Assembly (NCBI GenBank): GCA_024679065.1
Contig: JAGIQG010000006.1
Span: forward strand, 58,156,001 to 58,220,000
Direction: 5' to 3'
DNA length: 64,000 nt
DNA from: Sphyrna mokarran
Lineage: Eukaryota
The number at the start of each line of letters is the position of its first letter. The first letter of the stretch is position 1. A model generated the notes under the pieces. The model was not told the origin of the DNA. It did no database searches and saw nothing but the letters and a program-made list of their open reading frames with translations. Below are positions 25,337 through 39,196 of the stretch, piece by piece. Position numbers and translations under genes: made by a program.

Positions 25337-26254
25337 AGAGTATTTTGCACCTTTCAGAAGATGCACATTTAATTTCTGTCATTGGGAGATGCTGTACAAA
25401 TACTAGATGGCAGCTGAATTACATAATTTAAACAGTTTCCTATCCACTCCCAGGGATTATCTTTCATCTGTACCATTTTGAGTCTGAATTGTAGCTTCTG
25501 TGTGGAACTTTGTTAAATGCATTTTAGTTTCTTAGATCTCAAAATTTTAGAAATGAGAACAAGCTGAAAATATTGTGATATATACAGAGCAGAAAATAAT
25601 CAGGCTTCCATATAATTTCTGATAAGTCTCCCCTAAAAGATCAGAGTATGCTTTCACATATCTTGAGTAAGGGTAGGATTAGATTAATTTTAAGGTTCCC
25701 ACAATCAAATAGTCTGTAAAGATTCACAATTATACATGAACCATAGTCCTTTAAACAAGTTATTGGAAAGCTGTGGGCACTTGGGGAAATGCAGCACAGT
25801 GGGAAAGGAAGTCTTCAGGAGAGGAAAGGAGCAGATAAATTTGGAATGTAGGCTGGGACTTCCTCTAACCATGAACCATTAAAGATGAATGATTAGAAAT
25901 ATATTAGTCATCCGTATGAATAATGTACTTATGTTTTTAAGCAAATACATTATTTTGTTCCTTTAGAGAATAAGCACACCCCCAGTGCTGTGTGGGGTAA
26001 AATTTCCTATGCACTTTAGTTTAGAGACTCTTAATCAGAACATAAATGAAACAGCCAATGTAGAAGATTATGAAAACTTGAGTGTGGATGTGTTATATGC
26101 TTAACTGCATAATGTCAGAATTTCTCAGCTTCTGTATGCCCATATATCAATCCCTGTGCCTAAATGTACATTGTCTCATTATAATGTAATGCCCCCAAGC
26201 TAAAATAGCCTCTGGATTCTCAGAGGCTTTCTCCAAACTGAAATAGTCAGTACA

Positions 26255-26522
26255 AGAGGGCACAGATTTAAGGTGCAGGGAAGCAAATACAGAGGGGATG
26301 TTAGGGGTAAGTTTTTCACTCAGAGGGTGGTAAGTGAATGGAATCGGCTGCCGTCAGAGGTGGTAGAGGCGAACTCGCTGGGGTCTTTTAAAAGACTTCT
26401 GGATGAGTATGTGGGAACTTAAGGGAAAAGGGGGTTATAGATAGGTCTGTGAATTGGTAGGTATAGATGTGATCGGCACAACTCGTGGGCCAAAGGGCCT
26501 GTTTGTGCTGTAGTGTTCTATG
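26255..26522 (+). mobile_element. Young CR1 3' fragment
   Basis: CpG-retaining and highly similar to 7990-8250. Tail gggccaaagggcctgtttgtgctgtagtgttctatg. Confidence 0.9.
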
Positions 26523-27194
26523 TAAAGAAGCTTGCGGGTAAATTTCTTGCAATGATGCTGGTTCAGAATCAGGCTAAAATTAAGAATATAGTTTAGCCAT
26601 AGCGGGTAACAAAAGTATTTTTTCTAATTATGTTTTTGATTAATATGGTGGACATGGCACAAGTATAATCAGATGAACCTGTGTGATATTTAAAAGCATG
26701 TTAACTAAGGGAAATATTGTACTTTGTGACTATATTTTTCAGGGAGCACTAAAGTCCAACAGCATTCAGACAATTAAAAATTGTACTGAAAGAATTAAAA
26801 TGATGCAGTCCCCTCTTGGAATAGCACACTTTTAATGTGATTAGACAAGGCAGTTTTTTTTCTACTAACTATAATAGATTGTTTTCCAGTTTTGCTATAT
26901 ATCATATTTCCTATTTATAGAATGTATAGCATGTCTGACGTATTCAAAAGATCTTACTTCTATCATGCATTGTGCAGATGTAAAACAAGAAGAAACCACC
27001 CCCCCCTCCTCCTGGAGTTTCATAATGTGTTAGCATCAGATGCTGAATACATTTTATGGGTTTGGTAATTCATCTATTAAATGTTTAAATTGGTTTCAAA
27101 TTTAAAGGAGTTGCATTACATAAAATTTTTTGCAATTGGTGAAATGCATTCTGAGTTGTAGGCACTGTTGTCATCTTTGAAGTCCACTTAGAGG

Positions 27195-27340
27195 GTGTTC
27201 GGGCCCCAGTTTAATGTGACATTTGATAAACAGTACCCTAGAAACTGTAATCTCTTGGAGTGTAAACTTAAGCTTGGGTACTCAAGTCTCTGAAGTGGAG
27301 CATAGGAACCTGATGAGAATGTTGCCACTAAACCATAACC
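27195..27340 (-). mobile_element. Ancient Deu-domain-type SINE remnant
   Basis: gggccccagtttaatgt...ctcaagtctctgaagtgg resembles, from memory, the DeuSINE-type consensus. Confidence 0.4.
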
Positions 27341-27963
27341 AGTACGATCAGTAGTGCATGATTTTCATTATGATATTCAATATGTTTTCATTTTAATTTA
27401 AAGCACTTTTGATACTTCAAGCATAAATAGTGCTCCTAATAGAGGACTGGTGCCAAAGAAGATTTTGAGAACATTTATTTTTAATGGTAAGCTGTCTAAA
27501 ATGGATGCACTAAATAGGAAGAATGCCTTTGTCTGTCCTGAGGCTATTTAGTATTTTTATTCTATTAAGTGAGCTATTCAGTGAATAGGATATTTTTGGC
27601 CATACATTTTCAGGATGTTTGTCATGTGACCAAATGCTCTCATCAGCTTTTGCATTCTCATCCCCCAGAGGACTTCTTACATCCTGTCATTTTAACAGCA
27701 CAGTCAGAAAGAGACTGTAGCTTTCTGAGCACCTTCTTTGTCTCTGGGTATTGTGACACACGGCTAGATCTCAGTGGACGTGCAGTAGTTTCATCAAATC
27801 ATGTCACTGAAGTGGGTGGGGTTTGCTGCTGATCTCTTAGGCCAGAGGTTCAGGAGTAAAGCAGTTCCACTGCAGAGATGCAGCATGGAAGCAAGGGAGG
27901 TTTAACAATTCCTCAGACTTTTTCTATTTTTTAAATTTAATGCCAAGATTATTCTTTAAACAG

Positions 27964-28071
27964 AAGTCATCGCAAACTAAACATGAACAAACAGTGTCAC
28001 ATGATGCTGAACGACCGAGTGATTGTCAGGAAACAACAGAAGCTAGTATGGGTACTGCAGGGAGTGGGCAG
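27964..28071 (+). CDS. apc: APC coding exon 7 (108 nt), KSSQTKHEQTVSHDAERPSDCQETTEASMGTAGSGQ
   Basis: Acceptor attctttaaacag|, donor cag|gtaaga. Aligns with human RSSQNKHETGSHDAER...GNGQ with one extra residue. Confidence 0.92.
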
Positions 28072-31000
28072 GTAAGAGATTTTTAATTTCATACCAAGTA
28101 AGAGAATCATGAGAATGCATTGCAGCAACACATGTAGTTTGATGAATTTTTTGTTGTAGGATATGTACATGTATCCTCTCTCTCTGTTTTATCTCTTTCT
28201 ATCAAAACCGCCTTGATAATTTGGTTTAGTCCTCTGCACATTAAAGTGGTTTTTCATTTAAGTAAATATATTTTCCATAGTTTTGTTAAACAAAATTTCA
28301 GAGAAGAAGTATTTGTTTTGTCAATTATTTTAGAATATTCCATAATGGAAATACTGATAACAGCACGGTTCTAATTCAATTTGATTAGATATTATGCAGA
28401 AGTACTGCTAAGCATTAAAGGCAACGGTTTGATGAACATTTGGGTATAGACAATTACATCCAATACTTAGATTAACTTTCTTTAACCACTGTTTTACCTT
28501 AAGCACCCTATAAGGAATGTTGTAGAATCATTTTCTTCTCATTCATAAATTACATAAGAACCCTTTAACTTTGTAAAGGGAAAGAGAAAATGCAGAAGGA
28601 AAATCCACTTGTATTACAAAATGAAATTAAACCCTGAAGGAATGTGAAATAAGAGCATTATATCTTAATAATTGAGCTTTATATACTCCAATTGGGAAGT
28701 AATATTGAGAAGAAAATTGATGTTTTGTTAATTGAATCTGAAATTACCTAGCCAAAAATTGTTATTCGTGTATCCAGATCTCAAGGTGATTTGTTTTGAT
28801 ATCTAAAGTGAACAATCAAACCAAAATGATGACATTCTGCATGTTATCCTGAGGAATAGTATAGATAATGCACCCTGAAGTGTTTCTCTCAAATTAACAT
28901 TTGATGGTCATTTATAGTCTTAGAATTGGAGCGGAGAATATTATATTGGTAGCAACCAAGCAAAATTGAGGGAAATTTCCATTTTATTTTGATAAGTAGG
29001 TGTTTTTACTGTACTCCAGCTGTAGCCACTATGAATCGGTGTGCAGCACATAGAACATGTCTATTTAAATGCAGTGTTACCAAAATCCATCAAACATTAT
29101 ATGTATTTAAAGTCTTCCTATTACTAAGAATAAAAGTCAATTTAAAAAAAACTCCCTAAGCTAAATAAATAGTTTCTAAAATCTAATAACTGATAACCAA
29201 TTGGTGCTTGCCATCATGAGAGTCAGCGGAAAATGCACAACTGCTGACTCTCAGAAGACCATTGCCTTTTAACACTCACTTGAGCATGATTGTCAGTGGG
29301 CAGGACTTCCATCTGCCCTTAGGAGGATATCCCACCCATAACAGCTGCTGACTAATCAAATTGATCGACAGTTGTACAACCAGGCCAGGCACAACACTGC
29401 AGTAGCCAGAAGCTGTATTGCAACATCCTGCCTGGAACTAAGTCCTGAAACCATTGGAAAAGTAAATTCTGGTGGCAGAAGCACAGAGGATGCTCTGGGA
29501 TGTCAAAGGGGGCGAGTATGGTTTCTGGGGATAGCCCACTGTGGGGAGGCTTGGAGCTCCAAGGTCACAGAGGGGAGAATGTTCCAACTCTGAAGGGGCC
29601 TTCAGATTGAACCCCTGCCACCCTTCCCTTCCTGCCCAATCTAGAAGAAAGTTTTTTTTCCTTATTTCCTACACTACCTAAAAATTGAGGTTGGACAGGA
29701 AAAGACCTTTAAGTGATGTATGAAGAGAGAGAGGCGAAACATTCCACAAGATTATCCATCCTGGGCCCCTACACTGTCCCAGCAACTAGTGTCTCCATGA
29801 GTCTGGACACTGGCAACCTGACATCATTCCTTATCCTGCACACGATCTCAATGGGCTCTCCACCATTGCCATACCCTTGCCATGGTGGGCACAGAGAGCA
29901 TAAGTGTGGTGTGAGGGGGTCCCCCTTTCAGAACCCTTGAAGCATAGACATGAGTGCACCCGGACAACTGGTGCACTGACTTCCAGAAGTGGCTTGCAGT
30001 TCAGACAGATGGTGGAGAAACATTTGACGAACTCCCTTAATTGGGACAGCAGCTGCTAGGCCTCGTTCTTGTTACTGTTAAGGGGGCCTAGGATGGAATG
30101 TCAGCAATACACTACAGATCCTGCCCATCAGATAGATGGCAGGGTGACGTTAATGGGTTGGTACTTGACCTAATATGGAACCCCAGCAGGTAGCAGAGAT
30201 GTGCACAACACAGGCCCCAAGCCAATGGCTATTCCAGATCAGAGCAATACCCCCCATCCTGCCCTGCCACTACTACCACCACGACCCACCCACCCACCCA
30301 CCTATCAAAGTCCCTCAGCCCATTCTGCACCATGGCAGCAACTGAGATTGCTGCACTGCACCCTGGGGGTTAATGCTCATAATTGCTCACCTCTCTGCTA
30401 CTGCTGCATCTGAGCCACGTTTTTAACGAGTGAATTGTGCCAGTATGATGTCACATCAGACAGGTGGGAAGCATGCATGCCAAACTCACGAATAATATTG
30501 AAACCCTGCCAAATTCATATTAAGTTTTATTCATAATAAGTTTTGCACCCTTTCTGAATACAGTGCAGTTTGCATCATTCATTCAGGGCTGGGAAGACAC
30601 CAAACGTTTGGTGCTGCATGTGAATTAGACATTTTGACATGTGCTACTTTCCGAGATTGCCAGCTAATTGCTGGGCACTGCGAAGTGGTAACATTACACC
30701 CAATGCAAGTTCATGGTACAATTTTAAAAGGGAGTTCAAGAGCAGAGTGACATTGGGAGAGTGCTTTACATCTGCAAATCTTTGGTAATAGAAGCTGCTA
30801 TGAGAGCATTTGGGATTTATGCTTTTATAAATAAAATATAAACAGGATGTTATACTAAACCTTTAGAAATGAATATTAATTGTGTCCAGTTGTAACTATT
30901 TCCCATAAGCTTTGAAGAAGTCTCAGGAGACATGGTTCCCCTCTACAGTAAGGGAAGTTTGGCAGGTGTGTATTAAAAGTGTTCAGAATTAAGTGGAGTT

Positions 31001-31529
31001 TCAATCATGTAAGCCAGGACAAATGGTTTCCATTAATGGGTCAGTTGACAACCAGATAATACATTTGAAATAATTGGCAAATAACCAGTAGGGAGAATCT
31101 ATTTGTGCAGCAAATTATTAGAATCTGAAATGCACTGTCTGTAAGGTCAGTAGAAGTTGACTCAGTAATAACTTTCAAAGGGCGTTGGATGTGAACTTGA
31201 AAATAAACGACAGTGTTCTGGGGAAATGACACAACTCTTTCAGTGAATCACGACAATAGGCCAAATTGGTTTCCACCTGTTTTGTAAGATTCTCGTCACT
31301 TCTGACAAAGTTAAATATCATCCCATTACAAAATATTCTGTGATAATACAATAGCGCAGGAAGCACATCATTGAAAGTAACTTTTTTTTCCTATGTGTTT
31401 ATACTAGCAAAAATGATCTTAGAATAAAGATCTGATTTAGGAATGTCAATCTGCTTAATGCCCCAGACTTTTACTTCAATCATTTTATCCAGCATGGAAC
31501 ATGGTTTTGTACATATAAAATTAATATTT

Positions 31530-32740
31530 TATGTTGGTCAATAACAAGAAATTTAGGTAAAGGAGCACCAGTGGACATGACTTATTTAGATTTCCAGAAG
31601 CCTTTGATAAGGTGTCGCATCGGAGACTTAAATAAGTCAAGTGCCTGTGGTGTTCCGGGTAAGATCCTGGCATGGATAGAGAATTGGCTGACTGGCAGAA
31701 GGCAGAGAATAGGGATAAAGGAGTCTTTTTCAGAATGGCAGCCAGTGACCAGTGGTATGCTTCAGAGGTCAATGCTGGGACCATAACTTTTCACAATATA
31801 CATTAACAATTTGGAGGAACGAATTGAAGGCACTGTTGCTAAGTTTGCAGATAATACAAAGATATGTAGAAGGACAGATCGAATTGAGGAAGCCAGGGGT
31901 TACAGAAGGACTTGGGCAGGTTAGGAGAGTGGGCAAAGATGGAATACAAAGTGTGACATTATGCATTTTGAAAGGAGGAATGGAGGCATAAACTATTTTC
32001 TAAATGGGAGAATGCTTAGGAAATCAGAAGCACAAAGGGACATGGGAGTCGTTATTCAAGATTCTCTTAAGGATAACATGTAGGTTCAGTCAGCAGTTAG
32101 GAAGGCAAATGCAATGTTAGCATTCATGAAGAGAGGGCTAGAATACAAGAGCAGGGATGTACTTCTGAGGCTGTATAAGGCTCTGGTCAGACTCCATTTG
32201 GAATATTGTGAGCAATTTTGAGCTCCTTATCTAAGGAAGGATGTGCAGGCTGTGAAAAGGGCCCAGAAGATGTTCCAAGAATAATCTCTAGAATGAAAAG
32301 CTTGTGATGTGAGGAAGGGTTGAGGATTGAGTCTATACTCATTAGAAGAATGAGGGGGGATCTTATTGAAACTTACAGGATACTTCGAGGCCTGGATAGA
32401 GTGGATGTAGAAAGGATGTTTCCTAATAGGAAAAGCTAGAACCAGAGGGCACAATCTCAGGCTAAAGGGATAATTTTTTAAGACATAGATGAGGAGGAAT
32501 TTCTTTAGCTAGGGAGTGGTGAATCTGTGGAATGCTTTGTCACAGAAGGCTGTGGAGACCAGGTCATTGAGTGTCTTTAAGGTAAATAGGTTCTTGATTA
32601 ATCAGAGCATCAGGGACTATGGGGAAAAGACAGGAAAATGGGAATGAGAAAAGTATTGGCCGTGATTGATTGAATGGCAGAGCAGACTCAATGGGCTGCA
32701 TGGCCTAATTCTGCTTCTATGTCTTATAGTCTTATAATTT
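31530..32740 (+). mobile_element. CR1 LINE, 5'-truncated, with tail
   Basis: DMTYLDFQKP...ILAWIENWLTGRRQRIGI...WQPVTSG. Confidence 0.92.
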
Positions 32741-33604
32741 AAGTCACCATAATACAAAGCAATATCCTTTAAGAAAATTCTAATCAAATGGAAAAATATG
32801 GCAGGTGGAGTTCATTATGGACATATGTAATGTTATCCACTTTGAACCCAAGAAAGATAGATTGGAGTATTTTTACATGATGAAAACTATATATTAAAAA
32901 AAAACCATTTAAAAAACTCTGGAATTAAAAATCCATTGATATCATGAAACCATTGTCGATTGTCAGAAAAACCCATCTAGTTCACTAATGTCCTTTAAGA
33001 AAGGAAATCTGCCGTCCTTCCTGGTCGACATATGATGCCAGAGCCACAGAATGTTGTTGACTCTCAACTGCTCTCCAAGGACAACTAGGATGGGCAATAA
33101 ATGCTGGCTAGCCTGTGATACCAATGTCCCATTAATGAGTTTCTTAAAAAACTATGAACTATATAGGAACAAAAAGGAGAATTCAAGTACAGAAATAATT
33201 GAAAGCCAAAAGAGATAGAAAATGTAATGGAGGGCTGCTGGAGCATCTGAAGAAGCTTGGCATATGAAGGGCATGTTGTTATGCTTCACCTGTATAGGGC
33301 CTTAATCAGCCTCACCCAGAGTGTTCAATTCTGGGCATTGCACCTTGGAAAAAATATATTGGCCTTGTAGTGAGCCTAGCCCAAATCCACCAGAGGGCAG
33401 GTCTTAAGAATTTTAAATTATGAGGATTGGTTAAATAAACTTGGTTTGTATTCCTTGCGTGCAGAAGATTGAGTGATTATACGAATGAGGTTTTAAAAAT
33501 GTTACAAGTATTTTACACATTAGATGCAGAAAAACTATTTCCTCTAGTGGGGCAGTCAAGAATGGGGAAACATAAAATTAGAGTTAGGCCATTCAGGATC
33601 ACAA

Positions 33605-33872
33605 TTTAAGTTTATTTATCAGTGTCACAAGTAGGTTTACATTAACACTGCAATGAAGCTACTTTAAAAATTCCCTAGTCACCACACACTGGCGGCTGTT
33701 CAGATGCAGGAGAATTTAGCATGGCTGAAGCACCAAACCAGCACATTTTTTAGACTGAGAGGGGAAACCAAAACACCCTGAGGAAACCCATACAGACACA
33801 AGGAGAACATGCAAACTCCACGCAGACTGACTCAAACCAGAGTCTATGAGGCAGCAGTGCTATCCACTGTGC
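33605..33872 (-). mobile_element. HE1/V-SINE-type SINE inside an old CR1 (about 32760-34050)
   Basis: Same family as 8738-9045. Confidence 0.85.
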
Positions 33873-35589
33873 AATCCTACTGTGGAATTAATATATTTGA
33901 AGCTTTTAAGACTGCAATGGATAGATTTTTGCAGCATAACATAAGTACGTGGTGCAATAGCAGGTTGGTGGAGCGAAGGTACCAGTCAGTTATAATCTAA
34001 GTTGGTGCTGAAATAGGTTTGAGAAACTGATTGGCTTACACATCCCTGCATTCTAACCACATTTTGTAAATGTGAGCTGCTGCACTCCAATGGAAATAAT
34101 CATATCATGTTTACCGGCATCTCAAACTCATAACCTATGCTTATTAGTTTGCATGTTACAAGAGTCAACACAAGATCTTAGAGTGGGAATGGGGAAATTC
34201 AGCAGAAATTATATAACAAAATTAAATCTATAAATTGAGCCTTTAAAGTAAGATTTTAAAATTCATTTGTGGGGTTTAATTGTCACTTACAAGGCCAGTG
34301 TTTATTGTTGATCCCTAATTGCACTTGAGCTGCACCATGAAACACTGTGGTCCATGTGTTGCATGTGTACCCAAATTGTTAGGGAGGGAGTTCCAGGATT
34401 TTTATCCAGTGACATCGCAGGATTGATGATATATTTCCAAAACAGGATGTTATGCACTTACAAGTATTTTTATGGTCTGCTGCCCTTATTATTCTGGGTG
34501 GTACAGTTAGCGGTTTTGACTGGTGCTATTGAAAGAGCCTAGGCAAGTTGCTGCTGTGCATTTTATAGTTGATAAACTATGTTGCAGCTCTTGTTATTGC
34601 AAATCCTCCTCATCATCTGTAGAACTACTGTTCCAATTTTGACACAAGTCCCCAAACATTTATGAGAAGAACTTTACAGGATCAACAGGCAGGAAAGGGG
34701 ATGTACCTTTGTTGTTTTGGGCAGTAGGTCAATGTCGATATGTCCCTCCAATTTTATTATTCTTTGACTTCTCTGTAGCTGTTCTGAGAGGGTTTTTAGG
34801 CGAATTGGTAAAACAGTCAACCACATCATTGTGAGTCAGAAACGCTGGATCAGGGTATGACAGCAAATTTCCTTCACTAACAGACATTAGTTTTATTAAT
34901 GACAATTCAGTAGTTTCACGATCGCCATGACTGAGACTCGCTTTTTATTCTAGATTTTATTAACCAATTGAATTTAAATTCCGATAGCTGCCATAATGGG
35001 ATTTGAATTTGCTTTACTGGAGTATTAGTCCAGGCCTCAAGATTAGTAAAGGACATGAGATTTTTCACAACAGTTTGGAATGAAGTGGTGGAACTCATTC
35101 TTCAGCTGCTCAAATCTCTGGTTTTACCACATCTCACAAATACGATGTTCTGTGCCAGACATTAAAGCATAAGAAGTGTGGTCTTGGACATTGTTCAGCG
35201 TAGTTTACCAAAAAATATCTTGAGGAATGAATTAAAAATAAAAACATTAAATATTGGAAATACACAGCAGGTCTGGTAGCATCTATAGCAAAAGGAAAGA
35301 GTGCAACGATACTACTTGATCTATTGTGTGCTTCCAGCATTTTCTAAAATTTCAGATTCACAACACCTGTTGCTTTCTGCTTTTGTACACAATCTAAGGT
35401 TGTATTTATTTGAATTTAATAAGTTAAGGGAAGATCTGATCGCAGTTTTAAGGTACCTGAGGACTGACAACATAGGTAAATAGAAAATATTTTGACTGAT
35501 TAGGAAATCTAAGGTGAGGCAATCTAGTTTAAAAATCAGAACCAGATATTATTACCTTATTACTTTCCCAAGCAAAGAGGGTGGAAGTT

Positions 35590-36787
35590 ACATAGAACAT
35601 TACAGCGCAGAACAGACCCTTCGGCCTTCGATGATGTGCCGACCAATTAAAAAAAAAGCAATGACCCTCTAACCTAAACCATTCCCTTTTCATCCATAAA
35701 CTTACCTACTAACCTCTTAAACGCCACCAAACTTGGTGCATCTACAACTGACGCAGGCAGGGCATTCCATACCCTTACCACCCTCTGGGTAAAGAACCTA
35801 CCTCTGACATCCGTCCTATAACTACCACCCCTTAATTTAAAGCTATGTCCCCTCGTGCTAGCTTTCTCCATCCTAGGAAAAAGGCTATCACTGTCCACCC
35901 TATCTAAACCTCTAATCATCTTATATGTTTCAATAAGGTCTCCTCTTAGCCGCCTTCTTTCTAACGAAAACAACCTCAAATCCCTCAGCCTCTCTTCATA
36001 AGACCTGCCTCCATACCAGGCAACATCCTGGTAAACCTCCTCTGTACCCTCTCCAATGCCTCCACATCTTTCTTATAATGTGGGGACCAGAACTGCACAC
36101 AATACTCCAAGTGCGGCCGCACTAGAGTTTTGTACAGTTGCAACATGACGTTGCGGCTCCGAAATTCAATCCCCCTACCAATAAAAGCTAAGACTCCGTA
36201 TGCCTTCTTAACAACCTTATCGACTTGATTGCCAACTTTCAGGGATCTATGCACATGTACACCAAGATCCCTCTGTTCTTCAACACTATTAAGAGTCCTA
36301 CCATTAGCCCTATACTCTACACATTTGTTATTCCTGCCAAAGTGAATTACCTCACACTTTTCCGCGTTAAACTCCATTTGCCACCTCTTGGCCCAGCTCT
36401 GCAACTTGTCCAAGTCTCTCTGCAAACTATAACACCCCTCTTCACTATCTACCACTCCTCCGATTTTGGTGTCATCCGCAAATTTACTAATCCATCCTTC
36501 AATACCCTCATCCAGATTGTTTATAAAAATTACAAACAGCAGGGGCCCCAAAACAGATCCCTGAGGTACACCACTTGTAACTGAACTCCATGATGAATAA
36601 TTTCCATCAACCACCAACCTCTATCTTCTATCTGCTAGCAAATTCCTAATCCAATTAGCTAAATCACCCTCAATCCCATACATCTGCATTTTCTGCAGAA
36701 GCCTTCCATGGGGCACCTTATCGAACGCCTTACTGAAGTCCATATATACCACATCAACTGCCTTACCCCATCCACCTCTTTGGTCAC
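35590..36787 (-). mobile_element. Young CR1 LINE, 5'-truncated, RT C-terminus almost intact
   Basis: 210-aa ORF with SGVPQGSVLGPLLF and KFADDTK, followed by a 101-aa ORF after one frameshift. Possible aagtt TSD (35585-35589 and 36801-36805). Confidence 0.96.
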
Positions 36788-36928
36788 TTTTTGGGAAAGA
36801 AAGTTGAGAACTTTCTTCTTAAATGGCAGTTGGTTCTAAACTAATTATTAATATTAAATTTAAAATTAATAGAATTTTGGTCACCAAACATAATAAGAGG
36901 TATAGGGCAAAGGCTGCTATGTGGAACA

Positions 36929-37444
36929 AAATGGAAAAATGCTGGAAAATCTCAGCAGGTCTGAAAGCATTTGTGAAGAAAGAATGGAGCCAACGTTTTG
37001 AGTCTCGATGATCCCTTTGTCAGAGCTCCAGTTATGTAGAGTTTAGTCACAGATTTGTCACAATCTCATTTGAATTGGATTGAATGTAAGAGGCTCAATG
37101 GCCTCCTCCTACTTTTGTGTCTCACATTTCTGAATTTAGAAATTGCAGTTAACTTTGACCCTTCCAAGAATTTAAGTAATTGTATTTCAATTTTCAGAGT
37201 ATTAGATATTAAATCCAAAAGTTGTCTCTGTTCATCCAGACCCTTCAGTTCTTTCCATTCAGTGTTTAGCATTTTTTATTTTCCCTCCCAAATTGAGTGA
37301 CTTCATGTTCAGGCTTTATCTTCTGCTTCCTTTACCCATTTGTTTGCTTCAGAAAGAAATATCAAAAACTATTTTTGTTTAATAAACCTTTGTTTATTTG
37401 GCCTATATGTTTTAAAAGGTTCATTAATTATACATGCAGGAGAG
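36929..37444. repeat. Left arm of a ~510-bp inverted duplication
   Basis: Reverse complement of 38172-38679. The ORF track shows mirrored peptides (37066..37272 - versus 38353..38553 +). Confidence 0.96.
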
Positions 37445-38171
37445 CCCACCAGTTGTAACAAGTATATTAAAATTCGTGACAACATTAAAAGGATTTGAGT
37501 ACAAATTAATTGCTCTTGTCAGCACTGGCGTAGTTGCGTATTTTATAATAGTAATAGACAGGCATCTTATATTATAGACCTCATGTTAGCCAATTACTAA
37601 GCATCATTGATGGAAATTAGGAAGAATGTTATGGTGTAAGGCAGGGATTTCCAAACTGGGTTCTATTTATTGCATAATCCTTTGCCTAGTTTGATCTCCA
37701 CAAGTGCATCACCCCACACTTCTCTGAATTGAAGTCCATTTGCCACATTTTTTTCACCTGACCATTAATATAGTATGTACTTTGATGTAAATGTATATAC
37801 TGTGGATATAAAGTTGCCTTTTTTAAAAAGCTTAATAGTTGTCTAACAAAGATCATTGTTTTCATACATGTATTGAGTCAGTCATTCCTATTTGTCCTGA
37901 GTACGGCTGCTAACCTAAGTAAGACTCCACAAGGGACACTTGCGCCTTTACGATATTCACAGGAGTCCTTGAAGAGGAAATACAGCTCTGTATTTGGCTC
38001 CCTGCTGATCTGCAATAAGTAATTCTTAGAGAACATGATCCACTAGGTATTTACCTGCCTGTGATTACATATTGGAGTGTTTTGGCAGCTGTGTGCAGAC
38101 TGCCTCTCACACAACTCAGACATCCTTCAAAATGAGAAGCATAGAGGAGACAAATGGAAAAATATTTATTA

Positions 38172-38679
38172 CTCTCCTGCATGTATAGTTAATGAACTTT
38201 TTAAAACATATAGGCCAATTAAGCAAAGGTTTATAAAACAAAAGTAGTTTTTGATTTTTTTTCTGAAGCAAACAAAAGGGTAAAGGAAACAGAAGATAAA
38301 ACGTGAACATGAAGTCACTCAATTTGGGAGGAAAAATAAAAAATGCTAAACATTGAATGGAAAGAAACTGAAGAGTCTGGATGAACAGAGACAACTTTTG
38401 GATTTAATATCTAATACTCTGAAAATTGAAATACAAATACTTAAATTCTTGGAAGGGTCAAAGTTAACTGTAATTTCTAAATTCAGCAATGAGGTGAGAC
38501 ACAGAAGTAGGAGGAAGCCATTGAGCCTCTTGCATTCAATCCAATTCAAATGAGACTGTGACTAAACTCCACATAACTGGAGCTCTGACAAAGGGATCAT
38601 CGAGACTCAAAACGTTGGTTCCATTCTTTCTTCACAAATGCTTTCAGACCTGCTGAGATTTTCCAGCATTTTTCCATTT
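38172..38679. repeat. Right arm of the inverted duplication
   Basis: Reverse complement of 36929-37444 with scattered substitutions and small indels. Confidence 0.96.
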
Positions 38680-38699
38680 CTAATTAGAAGGCACATTAT

Positions 38700-39196
38700 C
38701 CCAAAATAATATCCAAGAAATGTAGGGCTGAATGTACTGATACAGTCTCCTGATTGATTAAATTACACTGTACTGAGAAATGTAGAGAAAGTGTGAAACC
38801 ACAGAGTGACTTGTCTACAAATCTCTGAAGATAACAGGACAATTGATCAATGGTTAAGAAGGCATATGGAATCCTTTTGCTTACTGGCTGAGGAATTGAA
38901 GACAAGAGCAGGGAGGTATGTTGGAACTATATAAAACCTTAGGCCACAACCTGAGTACACCATGTGGTTCTGGTCACTTCATCACAGGAAGGATGTAATT
39001 GCATTAGAATGGTACAGAGAAAATTTACAAGGATGTTGCCAGGAATGAAAAATTTTAGTGTAATTGGAAAGATCAGATACTCCAGGGCTGTTCTTCTATG
39101 AAGAGAAAAAGATGAAGGGGATTTAATTGTGACATGCAAAATTGAGGCCTTGGATAGAGTAGATGGGAAGGGCATTTTTACTTTAGCAAAGGTCAA
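38700..39196 (+). mobile_element. Old CR1 fragment whose 3' continuation lies at about 44870-45142
   Basis: CR1 ORF2 C-terminal sequence breaks at aaggtcaat and resumes at tatagatttaaggtg. Confidence 0.7.

Noticed and set aside
35985-36617. Domesticated or active reverse transcriptase gene
   Set aside because: It is 5'-truncated, lacks the endonuclease and has a frameshift, so it is an ordinary young CR1 copy.
37055-38553. Duplicated small coiled-coil-like ORFs (LKGLDEQRQLLDLISNTLKIEIQ)
   Set aside because: They are by-products of the inverted duplication, run into a CR1 tail, and have no splice or start context.
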